Counted from the first letter of the stretch, positions 39,825-52,445 are shown. The stretch: DNA of 64,000 nucleotides from Octopus sinensis (GCF_006345805.1 NC_043011.1:3224001-3288000), one strand, 5' to 3'. Notes: generated by a model from the letters alone, not told the origin. Program-made: numbers and translations.

Positions 39825-41822
39825 ATCATCATCATCATTGCTTAACATCCATCTTCCATGCATGCATAGATAGGATGGTTGACAGGAGCCGGCCAGGTAG
39901 AAAATCTACCCAAGGCTACTGTGTCTGTTTTGGCAGGGATTTTACAGCTGGATGCCCTTCCTAACACCAACCACTCTTCAGAGTGGACTCAGTGCTTTTT
40001 ACGTAGAACTAGCTCAGGTGAAGTTAGTTTTGGCAAGAATTTTTACAGCTGGATGCCCTTCCAGATGCCAACCACTTTACAGTGTGGACTGGATGCTTTT
40101 AACGTGGCACCAGCACTGGCAGGGTAACCAAGTAACTCACAAGACAATGAATTATAACAGAGGCAGGGCATTTGTGCCAGAGGATAGAAGTTAGAGTGTG
40201 ACAAAGAGACAGAAGCAGGTGTCTTGCCACTACATTGGAAGAGGTGATCCAGTATCAAATGATGAAAGGTTAGAGTGTAACAGAGAAATAGAGAGGCAGA
40301 AATAGGTGTCTTGCTACAGAAAAGGTACATGGATTCCCAGTGAGAGAGGGAGAGAGAAAGAGGAGAAAGAGGCCAGAAACAAGCATGCTGATGTAAAGGT
40401 GATACTTGGTTACCTAGTCAGAGGAAGAACAAGAGAAAGAGAGAAAATGATCAAAGGGAAAGAGAAAGTAGGAAACAGCAAAAGAGTAAGAGAGAGAGAG
40501 CAGAGGAGAGATGGTAGGGTATACTCACAAGTAACAAGAATATGAGTGCAGAACCTGGTTAGAAAAGTAGGGGGGGCTTTGGGGGGAAGCAGTGATACTG
40601 TGAGCATGGTAGTGAGGGCAAGAAAGGGGACTGGGAAACAATCATAATGTACGAGGAGGAAATGTGAAGAAGAGAAAGATGCAATTAGAAGAGGAGTTGT
40701 AGTCTGATTTCTTAGGGTAGAGTGGGTGAAAAGTATGTTGTTACATGTGGGTGGGACACAACTCTTCTAGCATTCTGTTTCGTGGACAGGTCTTCCCTAG
40801 GACCTCATATCACCAAACATTTCAGTCTACTGTCATTTCCTCCATGAGCTCCAACATCCTAAGATCAGTCTATACCACTTCGTTCCATGTCTTCCTGGGT
40901 TACCTTCTTTCACAGATACCATCCACTTTCTGTGACAAGCACTTCTGTATACAGCTATCTTCACTCATAAGCCTCACATGTCCAAACCAACACAGTCTTT
41001 TCTCCTGCATACCACATTTAATCCCTCTTATGCCTAACCTTTCTCAAAATATAGTTGTGCTGTGTCAGTCATGTTCACAGATGCTGCAAACCCATCAAGT
41101 TTAATTCTGTCCCTAGTTGGTTGAGATATAACTCTCTCTGTAATTTTCATGACCTGATCCGGTACCTCTAGTTATTTCTATCTAAGGCTTTACCTTTGCC
41201 CTTGTAGCAGCTAACTACACCAGTCTTTGGGGATGATGCCTTCCTGAATAACCTGATTAACTATGCGAGTGACTAGGCTGCATTCCACACTGTCTGATAT
41301 TTTAATCATCTTCACAGTGATACCCAATGGTCCAGGGGCTTTCCTAGTCTTCATTTTCTTAATTGCCCTATCTATTATACTGCTATCCACTCTGATGACT
41401 GGTCTCTTAATTGGTTCAATATTTGAAAGACTCTGCTTCTCCCAATCATTCTCCACGTTTAACAACCTTTCATAATGTTATCTCCACACATCTTTCTTCT
41501 CTGAATCTCTAAATGCAAGCATACCATCATCCATTCGCACACATTTCCCACCTACCACATCTCTATTCTCTCTGATACACTCCTTTGCAATCCTGAACAA
41601 CTCATGCCTCTGATCCTCATACTGCTTAACATTGGCAAACTTCTTATTTTCTGCTATTCCTTTTGCTATGTAAACCTGTCACTTAGCCTCCCTTCTAGAT
41701 CCCTGATGTAATGCTTTGCTTCCACCATTTTCCCAGTCTTTCCAGGCCTGTCCCTTTGCTTTTATAGCACTGTCCATTTCCTTGTTCCACCACCAACTTA
41801 CCCTTGGCCTGGGTGGGACTTT
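39825..41822 (-). mobile_element. Decayed RTE LINE with internal RT deletion, long 3' UTR and (GAT)n tail
   Basis: WWWNKEMDSAIKAK, HYERLLNVEN, AIKKMKTRKAPGP..IPKDW (41200-41820); KRLCWFGHVRLM..PRKTWNEV (40800-41040). Confidence 0.85.
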
Positions 41823-41854
41823 GCATATGTATATGTATATATATATGCATGTGC

Positions 41855-41890
<36 letters not shown>

Positions 41891-42045
41891 ACATACATAC
41901 ATACATACGTACATACATACATACATACATACATACATACATACATGTGTACATACATACATACATACATACATACATACATGTGTACATACATATATAC
42001 ATACATACATACATGCATCCATCCATACATACATACATACATACA

Positions 42046-42080
<35 letters not shown>

Positions 42081-42494
42081 GGAATTTTAACCTGCTTCTA
42101 TCAGATAACATCAATAAGAGCTATTATTCTTAGTTCATTTTCCAGATTAATGAAAACAACTGGGCTGACTTCAGTTTATTCTGTAGGAAATACTGTCCGA
42201 AATACAATAGCTTCTTACTTCATACTAAATGTGTCTCGTTCTCTTCAGCATTAAGGAAGCAATGATTGAAAACAACTCATCTCTAAAGATGCTGCGGTTT
42301 ACAAACAATTTTATATAAGCAGACACATTCACAGACATGCTGTATGATTGGGATATTTGCTTTGCAACCATATGGTTCAGGTTTCATCATTATTGCACAG
42401 CACTTTGCTTTCATACTCTAGACTTAGGTTGATAAATGACTTGTAGAAACCTGTTATTCATTCATTTGTTCATACATACATACTTACATATATA

Positions 42495-42755
42495 TTTCTT
42501 TACTGCCCACAAGGGGCTAAACATAGAGGGGACAAACAAGGACAGACGAAGGGATTAAGTTGATTACATCGACCCCAGTGCGAAACTGGTACTTTATTTA
42601 TCGACCCCGAAAGGATGAAAGGCAAAGTCGACTTCAGTGGAATTTGAACTTACAACGTAATGGCAAACGAAATACGGCTACGCATTTCGGCGGAATTTGA
42701 ACTCAGAAAGTAACGACAGATGAATTACCAGTAAGCATTTCGCCCGGTGCGCTAA
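42495..42755 (-). mobile_element. SINE family B with internal duplication
   Basis: GGAATTTGAACT twice; core match. Confidence 0.88.
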
Positions 42756-43134
42756 ATACCCACCAAATGTAAATAATGTAAATAATCTAAAAATGAAAAC
42801 CTAAAAATAAAATGTTTGACAATACTAGCTCTGTGGCCAGGTGACAATAATAGCTATCTTTCACAAAATAAGAACATCAGGTATGATGGCCCCATAAATA
42901 AAGAGAGGACCAGGAATGAATACCCCAGAAGAGTAAAAGAGAATATGGCCACCAGAACTCTCAGCTTACAAGCATATTGCCCTCAACACCTTTGCAGTGT
43001 CTGTCCTCAAGCCTACAATTTTGGTAAGCAGCTGCTCTCTGGACACCTGTGTGATTAAGAAAATTGAAAGAGAACAAATATATCTACAGACCATTGATAA
43101 AAATTAAACAAATTCAATAGAAGGGATTCACTTT

Positions 43135-43310
43135 CAGCTTCATATCTATTATTATTGGAGTAACAAGATACAGACCAGACTGACTCGAGCAGAGTATGGT
43201 AGAACCTAGGGTCTTGGAGAAAGAAAGCAAATCCTTGATGTATATGCTTCAAATGATCCCGATATCTGGAACAATAAAAATCTGCAAGACCCTTTCAAGA
43301 TTTAAAGGAT
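43135..43310 (+). mobile_element. R4/Dong-type LINE C-terminal fragment
   Basis: FISIIIGV...ISGTIKICKTL, homologous to 19570-19745. Confidence 0.55.
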
Positions 43311-43585
43311 GATAGTTAAAAGAAGATACTTTCCTTCATAACCTTGATACCAAGTAGGTGGCTGGTCAAAATTTATTCTAAATTAAAATGAAAAAGAGAA
43401 CAAGACATTCATGAGGTAGTTAACTCCCCTGTCAGTGTTCATATATTGCACTCTTCTTACATCATACACACACATACATATACATATGCATGTGTATGTA
43501 TATATGTACATATGTATGTGCATATATGTATGTGTATATATATATATAATATATATATATATATATTATATATATATATATATAT

Positions 43586-43800
43586 GTAGAAAATCCAAAA
43601 AAGAAGAACAAACACAAAAAACATCAACGCAAGGAAGTGGTACATGTAAAGTATTAGCAGACATGCAGGGAAGGAAAGAAAGATGGTTTAATGGTTGAAG
43701 CAGATGGTCTTTTTGGGAAATAGAGCAAAGTCCAACAGAAGGGAAGACGGAGGAAGAAAATCGTCAACGATTCACATGTGGTTTCATTTTGAAATAACTG
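43586..43800 (-). mobile_element. Decayed copy of the 59445-59606 PLE-type terminus
   Basis: Shares AATCCAAA..AAGAA, GGAAGGAAAGAA..GGTTTAA and GAAGGGAAGAC.GAGGAA; adjacent to (TA)n. Confidence 0.5.
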
Positions 43801-44054
43801 GAAGGGAATGAGTGTAACAGGAGAGTGTAACAGAAGGAGGTATGTGTGTGTATGTTGTATGTATGTGTGTGCGAGTATGTGTATGTGTGCATGTGTGAGC
43901 ATGTGTATATGCATGTATGTGTGTGCTTGTGTATGTGTACTTGTATATGTGCATGTGTATGTGTGTGTGGATTATATGAATGCTCCTGTGTGTGTGCGTG
44001 AGTATATGTTTGCATGTCTGTATGTGTGTGTGAATATAGGGTTGCTGCTCACAT

Positions 44055-45025
44055 TGCCTCCCCTCGGAAAGTTTGTGAGGAGCCCATTGACCCATTTTGC
44101 TGACTTTTCTGATAGCATGCAGGTGTTGATGAATGGTTGAATAACCAAATCCAAGCTTCTCTGCTAGTTCCTCAACAGATACGATGGGATTTTGTTGCAC
44201 CAGAGTTTACAGGACGTCCTCATTGCGCACAACAGATCTTCCAGCATGAGGCTTATCATCTAGGCTGTACTTTCTAGCTCAGAATTTCTGGCACCACTGT
44301 TGACACTAGCTTACACTTATTGTCCAATCCCCATATAATATTCCTCACACTTTCCACTGCATTGTTACCTTTACTGAACTCATAAAGGAAAATATGCCGA
44401 AGTTGCTTCTTTGTCATTTCCATTATAGCTTTAAAAGAATAACTGTTAAAATCGAACTGCACTCTTCAAAAAACTTGCACTAAGATTAAGGACGAGGTAA
44501 GATTACTACCTACTTTTAGAACAAGTTGATGCAGATAGTTTATCCCATCCCCTTCTGACTTAAATTCATGCAATTGAAAAAAATGCATAGGCGCAGGAGT
44601 GGCTGTGTAGTAAGTAGCTTGCTTACCAACCACATAGTTCCGGGTTCAGTCCCACTGCATGGCACCTTGGGCAAGTGTCTTCTACTATAGCTTCGGGCCG
44701 ACCAAAGCCTTGTGAGTGGATTTGGTAGACGGAAACTGAAAGAAGCCCGTTGTATATATGTATATATATGTATGTGCGTGTGTGTTTGTGTGTCTGTGTT
44801 TGTTCCCCTAGCATTGCTTGACAACCGATGCTGGTGTGTTTATGTCCCCGTCACTTAGCGGTTCGGCAAAGAGACCGATAGAATAAGTACTGGGCTTACA
44901 AAGAATAAGTGCCGGGGTCGAGTTGCTCAATTAAAGGTGGTGCTCCAGCATGGCCGCAGTCACATGACTGAAACAAGTAAAAGAGAGAAAAGAGAGTAGA
45001 GAGCATTATTTATGTGTATCTAAAT
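44055..45025 (-). mobile_element. 5' half of a mariner transposon with nested SINE A
   Basis: MTKKQLRHIFLYEFSKGNNAVESVRNI; QQNPIVSVEELAEKLGFGYSTIHQHLHAIRKVSKMGQWAPHKL. Confidence 0.88.
44589..45003 (+). mobile_element. SINE family A
   Basis: Family match. Confidence 0.92.
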
Positions 45026-45279
45026 AAATATAAGATCCAAGGATCCAGGTGAAGGGAGAAAATGTTAATCTCCTTGTAAAAATGTAAACTTTCGTTTAAT
45101 CAAGCATTCCTTGGCCTGAACAGTAGCCTGTAGTATACATCTCACTTGGATATTTACCACTTCTGAGATTCCACTCACTATGAAGCATATGTAGTCTGGA
45201 TCTTATCTACTCTTTTTTCTTAACTCTTGTACATACACATATATATATGTATATATATCTATATCTACCTATCTATCTA

Positions 45280-45310
<31 letters not shown>

Positions 45311-45313
<3 letters not shown>

Positions 45314-45977
45314 AAAAAAGGTTTGAAAATGCAATTTAAACGATGTTTATTTACTTAACCGGTTTCACTCTTTGGTAAAAGATTGTCAAAAGTTACATTT
45401 AAGGAAACATTGAATAATATGGGTTCAAAAAAAGTTTTTTACATAATTGTCACATTGAATATTATGCATTCAAAAAAGTTTTTACATAATTGTCACATTG
45501 GATATTATGGATTCAAAAATGTTTTTTTATACATAATTGTCACATTACATGTATAAATATAGTGTTTGGTAACAGAGAAGTTCAATAGTGTGATGAGAAT
45601 ATTTGGGAAAATTTGGCAGAAAAGGATAAAACAAATATATTATTGGGAATTGGTTGCGTTAATTATTGGTTGTCGCAAATTGTCACATTACATGTATATA
45701 TATACAATCTTCGGTATATATATACAGCCTTTTGACAGCAAAAATTAAAATGGATTTTTTATACATCTCAGAATATTTTAAGTACAAGGCGAGAATATGT
45801 TTTTACTGACCTGTTGGTATTAGCAGAAAGGCTGAACTGAGAGAACAGAGGAAGTAGCCAATGTGGTGTATACTTCCCCTTTATGCATGAATGATTTTGG
45901 GGTTATCAGGAGGTTAGTATGCGGGTGTGAATAGATGTGTCCGTGCCCGCTGGTCAGATAGCGTCTGTTTGTCACAC

Positions 45978-46017
<40 letters not shown>

Positions 46018-46201
46018 CAACACACACACACACACACATATAGTAAACAAACACACACCACATACAAACAACACACACACACACACAGAACACACACACC
46101 CACACACAACGCACCCACATATATCACATATACACACAGCACACAAATATAATATGTATCTATATATAACATACACAGATATATAACACACATACACACA
46201 C

Positions 46202-46236
<35 letters not shown>

Positions 46237-47011
46237 CACACGCACACATACATACGTAATATAAATATCACACAAATACACCTAGCATATATATACACAC
46301 ATACAATACACACATACAGCATGTAAGTAATATACATACACAATATATGCATGCAATATACATACGCAGTACATACATATAATATATATATATAGACAAT
46401 GCATATACATATATACACATATACATATAAATAGTGTTTACATACACATACATAGATGTACCACATATACACAAATACACATACATACAACGCATACACA
46501 TACACGTACGCATACATATAATATATACACACACACACACATAACATACATACACAATGTATACATATATATACACGCAATGCACATACATGTATTCATG
46601 CATATAGCACACCTACAATATACATATATACACTGCACACATACACACACATATATACACTTAATTGTACACATACATATACAATACACATACATACAAT
46701 ATACATATACACAATGCGCATGCAAATAATGTACATGTTTATACACACATAAACAAGCAAATAAATATACACACACACACATACACACATACACATATAT
46801 ATATATATATACACACATACATACATACATACATGCACATACATATATTTTTTCACACACATACACATACATATATATATATATAAAAAATTCACCCCCC
46901 CCCCACACAAATTACAACCTATAGCGTACACACTCAAATATATCTCTACATGCCGCACACACACAAACAAAGTACTAACATATACACACATACCATGCAT
47001 ATACACACACA

Positions 47012-47047
<36 letters not shown>

Positions 47048-47125
47048 TTAAAAACAAATACACATGTAAATACATACATACGTACATAATGCTCACACAC
47101 ACACACACATACACACACACCCGTA
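45311..47125 (-). repeat. Left inverted arm of PLE (inverted copy of 3' UTR/pLTR)
   Basis: Reverse complement of 49567-51244; joins the RT ORF at CACACCCGTA|ATAAT. Confidence 0.93.
45353..45393 (-). ncRNA. Minimal type-I hammerhead ribozyme, U3-A8 variant (inverted-arm copy)
   Basis: Exact reverse complement of 51162-51202. Confidence 0.7.
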
Positions 47126-49200
47126 ATAATATCGACGAATCAATGGTCTGTAACAAAAGCAACTATAATCCCATAAAAGGCAAAAACAAAACCTTAGACA
47201 AATTTTGCGATTACATCTCCAACTTCCCTTATGGTGAACTCCCACAACCTAAACTCAAACCGAACACCAGTAAAAGAGAATGGGAAATCATCCATACGCT
47301 ACGAGACAATCATGACGTCACAATAAAGGAAGCTGATAAGGGTAGTACGGTCGTTGTTATGAATACTGAGCAATATAAAAACTCTGTATCTCTCCTTTTA
47401 GAGGATACCACATACTACGAAAGAGTAGTCGACTACCAGCAATCCAAAACAATGACCAATCTGAAGGCACTCATTTACCAACACCGGAATGACTTGACAG
47501 CAAAGGAATGCGACTACATTACTAAATTTAATTGCAAAACCAGCACACTCTATGGGCTTCCAAAAATACACAAGAGTCAAATTATCACAGAAGCTTGCAA
47601 AAAGTCCACTTCAACCTGCATCACTATACCACATCCCACTGATCTCAAACTGAGACCAATAGTGGCAGGCCCAAGTTGTGAAACACACAGACTTAGCAAC
47701 TTTATAGATATCATCTTAAAGCCAATACTGAAACACATTCCAAGTATTGTAAGAGATGACCTGGACCTATTAAAGCATCTCCCCAACATGCCGATAAAGA
47801 CACCTTAATCGTTTCTTTTGATGTTATTAATCTTTACACCACAATCCCACATGAATTTGGACTGGAAGCCATTAAATTCTGGCTGGATAAATATCCCAAT
47901 GAGATCCCGGAAAGAATTAAAAAAGAATTCATAATTGAGGGCCTCAAATTTATTCTGCAAAACAACTTCATGTATTTCCACAACAACACTTACAGACAGG
48001 TCTCAGGTACTGCAATGGGTACGAAAGTTGCACCTACCTATGCAAACCTGGTGATGGCCTACCTGGAATCACATATCTATGAAAAATCCAAATATAAGTA
48101 CGGCCAGTCTTTCCACAAATACCTGTTGGAGAACTGGAAACGCTACTTAGATGATTGCCTCATCCTATGGTCCCACACACTCGACCAACTTATAGACTTC
48201 AAAAACCTTATCAACAGTGTAAATAACAACATTCAATTCACAATGGAATATAGTCAGGACCAACTCCCTTTTCTTGACATCCTAATCATTAAAAAAGGCG
48301 TCAACATTGAAACTGACATCCATTACAAACCCACTGACTCTAAACAATACCTTCTATTCACCTCCAATCACCCAAAACACACAAAGACAGATATCCCCTT
48401 CAACCTAGCGAGAAGAATCTGCACTATTGTCTCAAATGACACAACACGAAATAGAAGACTCCGGGAACTAAGGGCAATTCTTCTCGAAAGACATTACCCG
48501 GCATCACTAGTAGACAACGGAATAGAACGGGCCAAATCAATCAACATTCAAGACCTTCGAAAACCCAAACACATCCACAGTACAGTCAATAGCCTCCCTT
48601 ATCTCTCAACACACAACCCAAGGAATGCAGAAGCTTACACTATTATATACAACAACATTCCACAACTAAATCAAGACCCACGCCTGAAAAAAATACTGGC
48701 AGCTCATAAAATAATAAAAAGTAAGAGACAACCTAAATCCCTAAAAAGCCTCCTCACCAATGCAAAATTACACAACACAAACCCACCGCCCACCATCAAA
48801 AAAATGTGGTCGCCCCAACTGCAAGACCTGCATCCACCTCATTGAGGGATCATCGTACAAGTTCCACTCGGGACACACATTCATCATAAAAAATAATTTC
48901 ACGTGCGCATCAAAAAATTTACTCTACGTCATAAGGTGTGAAGGATGCCACGAAGATTACATAGGGCAAACGAGCCTTACCCTCAGAGACAGAATGACAG
49001 TTCACCGACAACAACTGAGGGACCCCTCCACAAGACAGATACCACTAAGTGGACACTTAGACCTTTGTGCACACAATAAGTCCCCCAAATTCTTAGTCTT
49101 CCCACTATACCAATGCTCGGACAACACCACAGACCAAACACGAATAAATAAGGAAAGTAATCTTATTCAAAAATACAGACCACAACTAAACATACTCTAA
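47121..49200 (+). pseudogene. PLE reverse transcriptase + C-terminal GIY-YIG endonuclease (Neptune/Naiad-type with Cys-rich linker); 5'-truncated, two 1-bp frameshifts
   Basis: Motifs IKEADKG, YGLPKIHK, LRPIVAG, SFDVINLYT (frame after ~47790), GTAMGTKVAPTYANL, RYLDD, LPFLD, YKPTD..HP, CGRPNCKTC, LYVIRC..C..YIGQT..RMTVH. Spread over ORFs 47089-47808, 47970-48845 and 48760-49200. Confidence 0.95.
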
Positions 49201-49385
49201 CATACCCCCTGGAGACACATCCAGAGCAAGCACACAGGGACGCGTGCACGCTCACAGCATATCGTGCGGGCGGGCACATGCGTGCATCGGCACGCATAGG
49301 ACACACTAGCGGGCATTGACCGCACACATACGTGGCATGCACACGCATGCATTATATATATGTAGGTGATGTATGTGTGTGAGTG

Positions 49386-49419
<34 letters not shown>

Positions 49420-49566
49420 ACGTTGTGTGTGTGTGTGCGCGGGTGTATATATATATGTGTGTGTGTGTGTGCACTGTGTGCGTGTGTGTGTATGTGTGTG
49501 CGTGCACGCGCGTTGTGTGTATGTGTGTGTGCACGTGTGTATATATGTGTGTGTGTGTGCACTGTG

Positions 49567-49639
49567 TACGGGTGTGTGTGTATGTGTGTGTGTGTGAGCA
49601 TTATGTACGTATGTATGTATTTACATGTGTATTTGTTTT

Positions 49640-49680
<41 letters not shown>

Positions 49681-49872
49681 TGTGTGTGTATATGCATGGT
49701 ATGTGTGTATATGTTAGTACTTTGTTTGTGTGTGTGTGCGGCATGTAGAGATATATTTGAGTGTGTACGCTATAGGTTGTAATTTGTGTGTGGGGGGGGT
49801 GAATTTTTTATATATATATATGTGTATGTGTGTGTGTGTGTATATATATATATATGTATGTGTATGTGTGTA

Positions 49873-49905
<33 letters not shown>

Positions 49906-50330
49906 GTGTATATATGTGTGTGTGTGTATGTGTGTGTGTGTATATTTATTTGCTTGTTTATGTGTGTATAAACATGTACATTATTTGCATGCGCATTGTG
50001 TATATGTATATTGTATGTATGTTATGTGTGTGTGTGTGTATATATATATTATATGTATGCGTACGTGTATGTGTATGCGTTGTATGTATGTGTATTGTGT
50101 GTATATGTGGTACATCTATGTATGTGTATGTAAACACTATTTATATGTATATGTGTATATATGTATATGCATTGTCTATATATATATATTATATGTATGT
50201 ACTGCGTATGTATATTGCATGCATATATTGTGTATGTATATTACTTACATGCTGTATGTGTGTATTGTATGTGTGTATATATATGCTAGGTGTATTTGTG
50301 TGATATTTATATTACGTATGTATGTGTGCG

Positions 50331-50380
<50 letters not shown>

Positions 50381-50548
50381 TTATATATCTGTGTATGTTA
50401 TATATAGATACATATTATATTTGTGTGCTGTGTGTATGTGATATATGTGGGTGCGTTGTGTGTGGGTGTGTGTGTTCTGTGTGTGTGTGTGTGTTGTTTG
50501 TATGTGGTGTGTGTTTGTTTACTATATGTGTGTGTGTGTGTGTGTTGT

Positions 50549-50579
<31 letters not shown>

Positions 50580-51244
50580 GTGTGACAAACAGACGCTATC
50601 TGACCAGCGGGCACGGACACATCTATTCACACCCGCATACTAACCTCCTGATAACCCCAAAATCATTCATGCATAAAGGGGAAGTATACACCACATTGGC
50701 TACTTCCTCTGTTCTCTCAGTTCAGCCTTTCTGCTAATACCAACAGGTCAGTAAAAACATATTCTCGCCTTGTACTTAAAATATTCTGAGATGTATAAAA
50801 AATCCATTTTAATTTTTGCTGTCAAAAGGCTGTATATATATACCGAAGATTGTATATATATACATGTAATGTGACAATTTGCGACAACCAATAATTAACG
50901 CAACCAATTCCCAATAATATATTTGTTTTATCCTTTTCTGCCAAATTTTCCCAAATATTCTCATCACACTATTGAACTTCTCTGTTACCAAACACTATAT
51001 TTATACATGTAATGTGACAATTATGTATAAAAAAACATTTTTGAATCCATAATATCCAATGTGACAATTATGTAAAAACTTTTTTGAATGCATAATATTC
51101 AATGTGACAATTATGTAAAAACTTTTTTGAACCCATATTATTCAATGTTTCCTTAAATGTAACTTTTGACAATCTTTTACCAAAGAGTGAAACCGGTTAA
51201 GTAAATAAACATCGTTTAAATTGCATTTTCAAACCTTTTTTCTT
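49567..51244 (+). repeat. Right arm of PLE (microsatellite-rich 3' UTR plus pLTR)
   Basis: Cryptic (TG/TA) region, then unique sequence from ~50580 including a ~44-bp x3 repeat (51005-51145) and the HHR. Confidence 0.93.
51162..51202 (+). ncRNA. Minimal type-I hammerhead ribozyme, U3-A8 core variant
   Basis: ACTT-TTGACAA-TCTTT(TACC)AAAGA-GT-GAAA-CCGGT-T-AAGT: stem I ACTT/AAGT, stem II TCTTT/AAAGA, palindromic stem III ACCGGT. Confidence 0.7.
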
Positions 51245-51279
51245 ATATAATCCCACTCGTGCGATACCCCACAACTCAA

Positions 51280-51315
<36 letters not shown>

Positions 51316-51317
<2 letters not shown>

Positions 51318-51548
51318 AGGTCATTGCCAGTACCACCTGACTGGCCCCCGTGCACTTGGCACGTAAAAAGCACCCACTACACTCTCGGAGTGGTTGGCGT
51401 TAGGAAGGGCATCCAGCTGTAGAAACTCTGCCAGATAAAGACTGGAACCTGGTGCAGGCATCTGGTTGCCAGCCCTCAGTCAAAACCGTCTAACCCATGC
51501 TAGCATGGAAAACAGACGTTAAATGATGATGATGATGATGATGATGAT
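51316..51548 (+). mobile_element. (GAT)n-tailed retroelement 3' end
   Basis: Homologous to 5232-5465. Confidence 0.85.
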
Positions 51549-51979
51549 ATATTTATATACATGTATAATGAGGGTAATAAATTGAATATTAATTTAATTA
51601 ACATCAATTTAAAACCAGTGGCCTAGCATATAACTATTTATATATTATACACTTTATTTATATACTATATAAAAATAAAAAAATGTTCTAGATATAGAAT
51701 ACTCTTCCCATCATACAAAATATTTTGATATGAAATGAATCACATTCTCAAAAACTACACCCACACACAATATGGTTTAGTGCACAGTTTTCATCTTACA
51801 AATTTCATAACATAACATGTCATATTACATGTTTGCTTTGCAACCTTAATAGCTGTGCCATTGTATACAAATTCCAGCATTGTTTCATTTATTAATAATC
51901 TTTTGGTAAACTTTGTAGCAAAAAACCATATCCTTAACTGTACACTCTTACACATTCTTCAGGATTTACAAAAAGAATT

Positions 51980-52207
51980 ACTCTTTTTTTACTCTTTTAC
52001 TTGTTTCAGTCATTTGACTGCGGCCATGCTGGAGCACCGCCTTTAATCGAGCAACTCGACCCCGGGACTTATTCTTTTGTAAGCCCAGTACTTATTCTAT
52101 CGGTCTCTTTAGCCGAACCGCTAAGTAACGGAAACATAAACACAATAGCACCAATTGTCAAGCAATGCTAGGGGGACAAACACAGACACAAATACACACA
52201 CGCATAT

Positions 52208-52286
<79 letters not shown>

Positions 52287-52445
52287 TACGACAGGCTTCT
52301 TTCAATTTCCGTCTACCAAATCCACTCACAAGGCTTTGGTCGGCCCGAGGCTATAGTAGAAGACACTTGCCCAAGGTGCCATGCAGTGCGACTGAACCCG
52401 GAACCATGTGGTTGGTAGACAAGCTACTTACCACACAGCCACTCG
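51980..52445 (-). mobile_element. SINE family A (copy of the 22760-23166 element)
   Basis: Shares diagnostic variants and ~80 bp of flank. Confidence 0.9.

Larger units (their letters stand above)
45311..51286 (+). mobile_element. Penelope-like retroelement (PLE), 5'-truncated, with long inverted terminal arms and a 3' tail; inserted in (TA)n
   Basis: RT+GIY-YIG coding region 47121-49200. 45311-47125 is the reverse complement of 49567-51244 (e.g. identical 60-aa ORFs 45566..45748+ and 50809..50991-). An extra ~40 bp tail lies at 51245-51286. (TA)n on both sides. Confidence 0.93.

Noticed and set aside
47121-49352. Selenoprotein-type Naiad (UGA recoding + SECIS)
   Set aside because: No in-frame TGA in the reconstructed ORF and no AUGA/AA/GA SECIS core seen after the stop.
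45311-51286. DNA transposon or Polinton with long TIRs
   Set aside because: Encodes RT+GIY-YIG only. The repeats are asymmetric (one-sided tail) and equal the element's 3' UTR.
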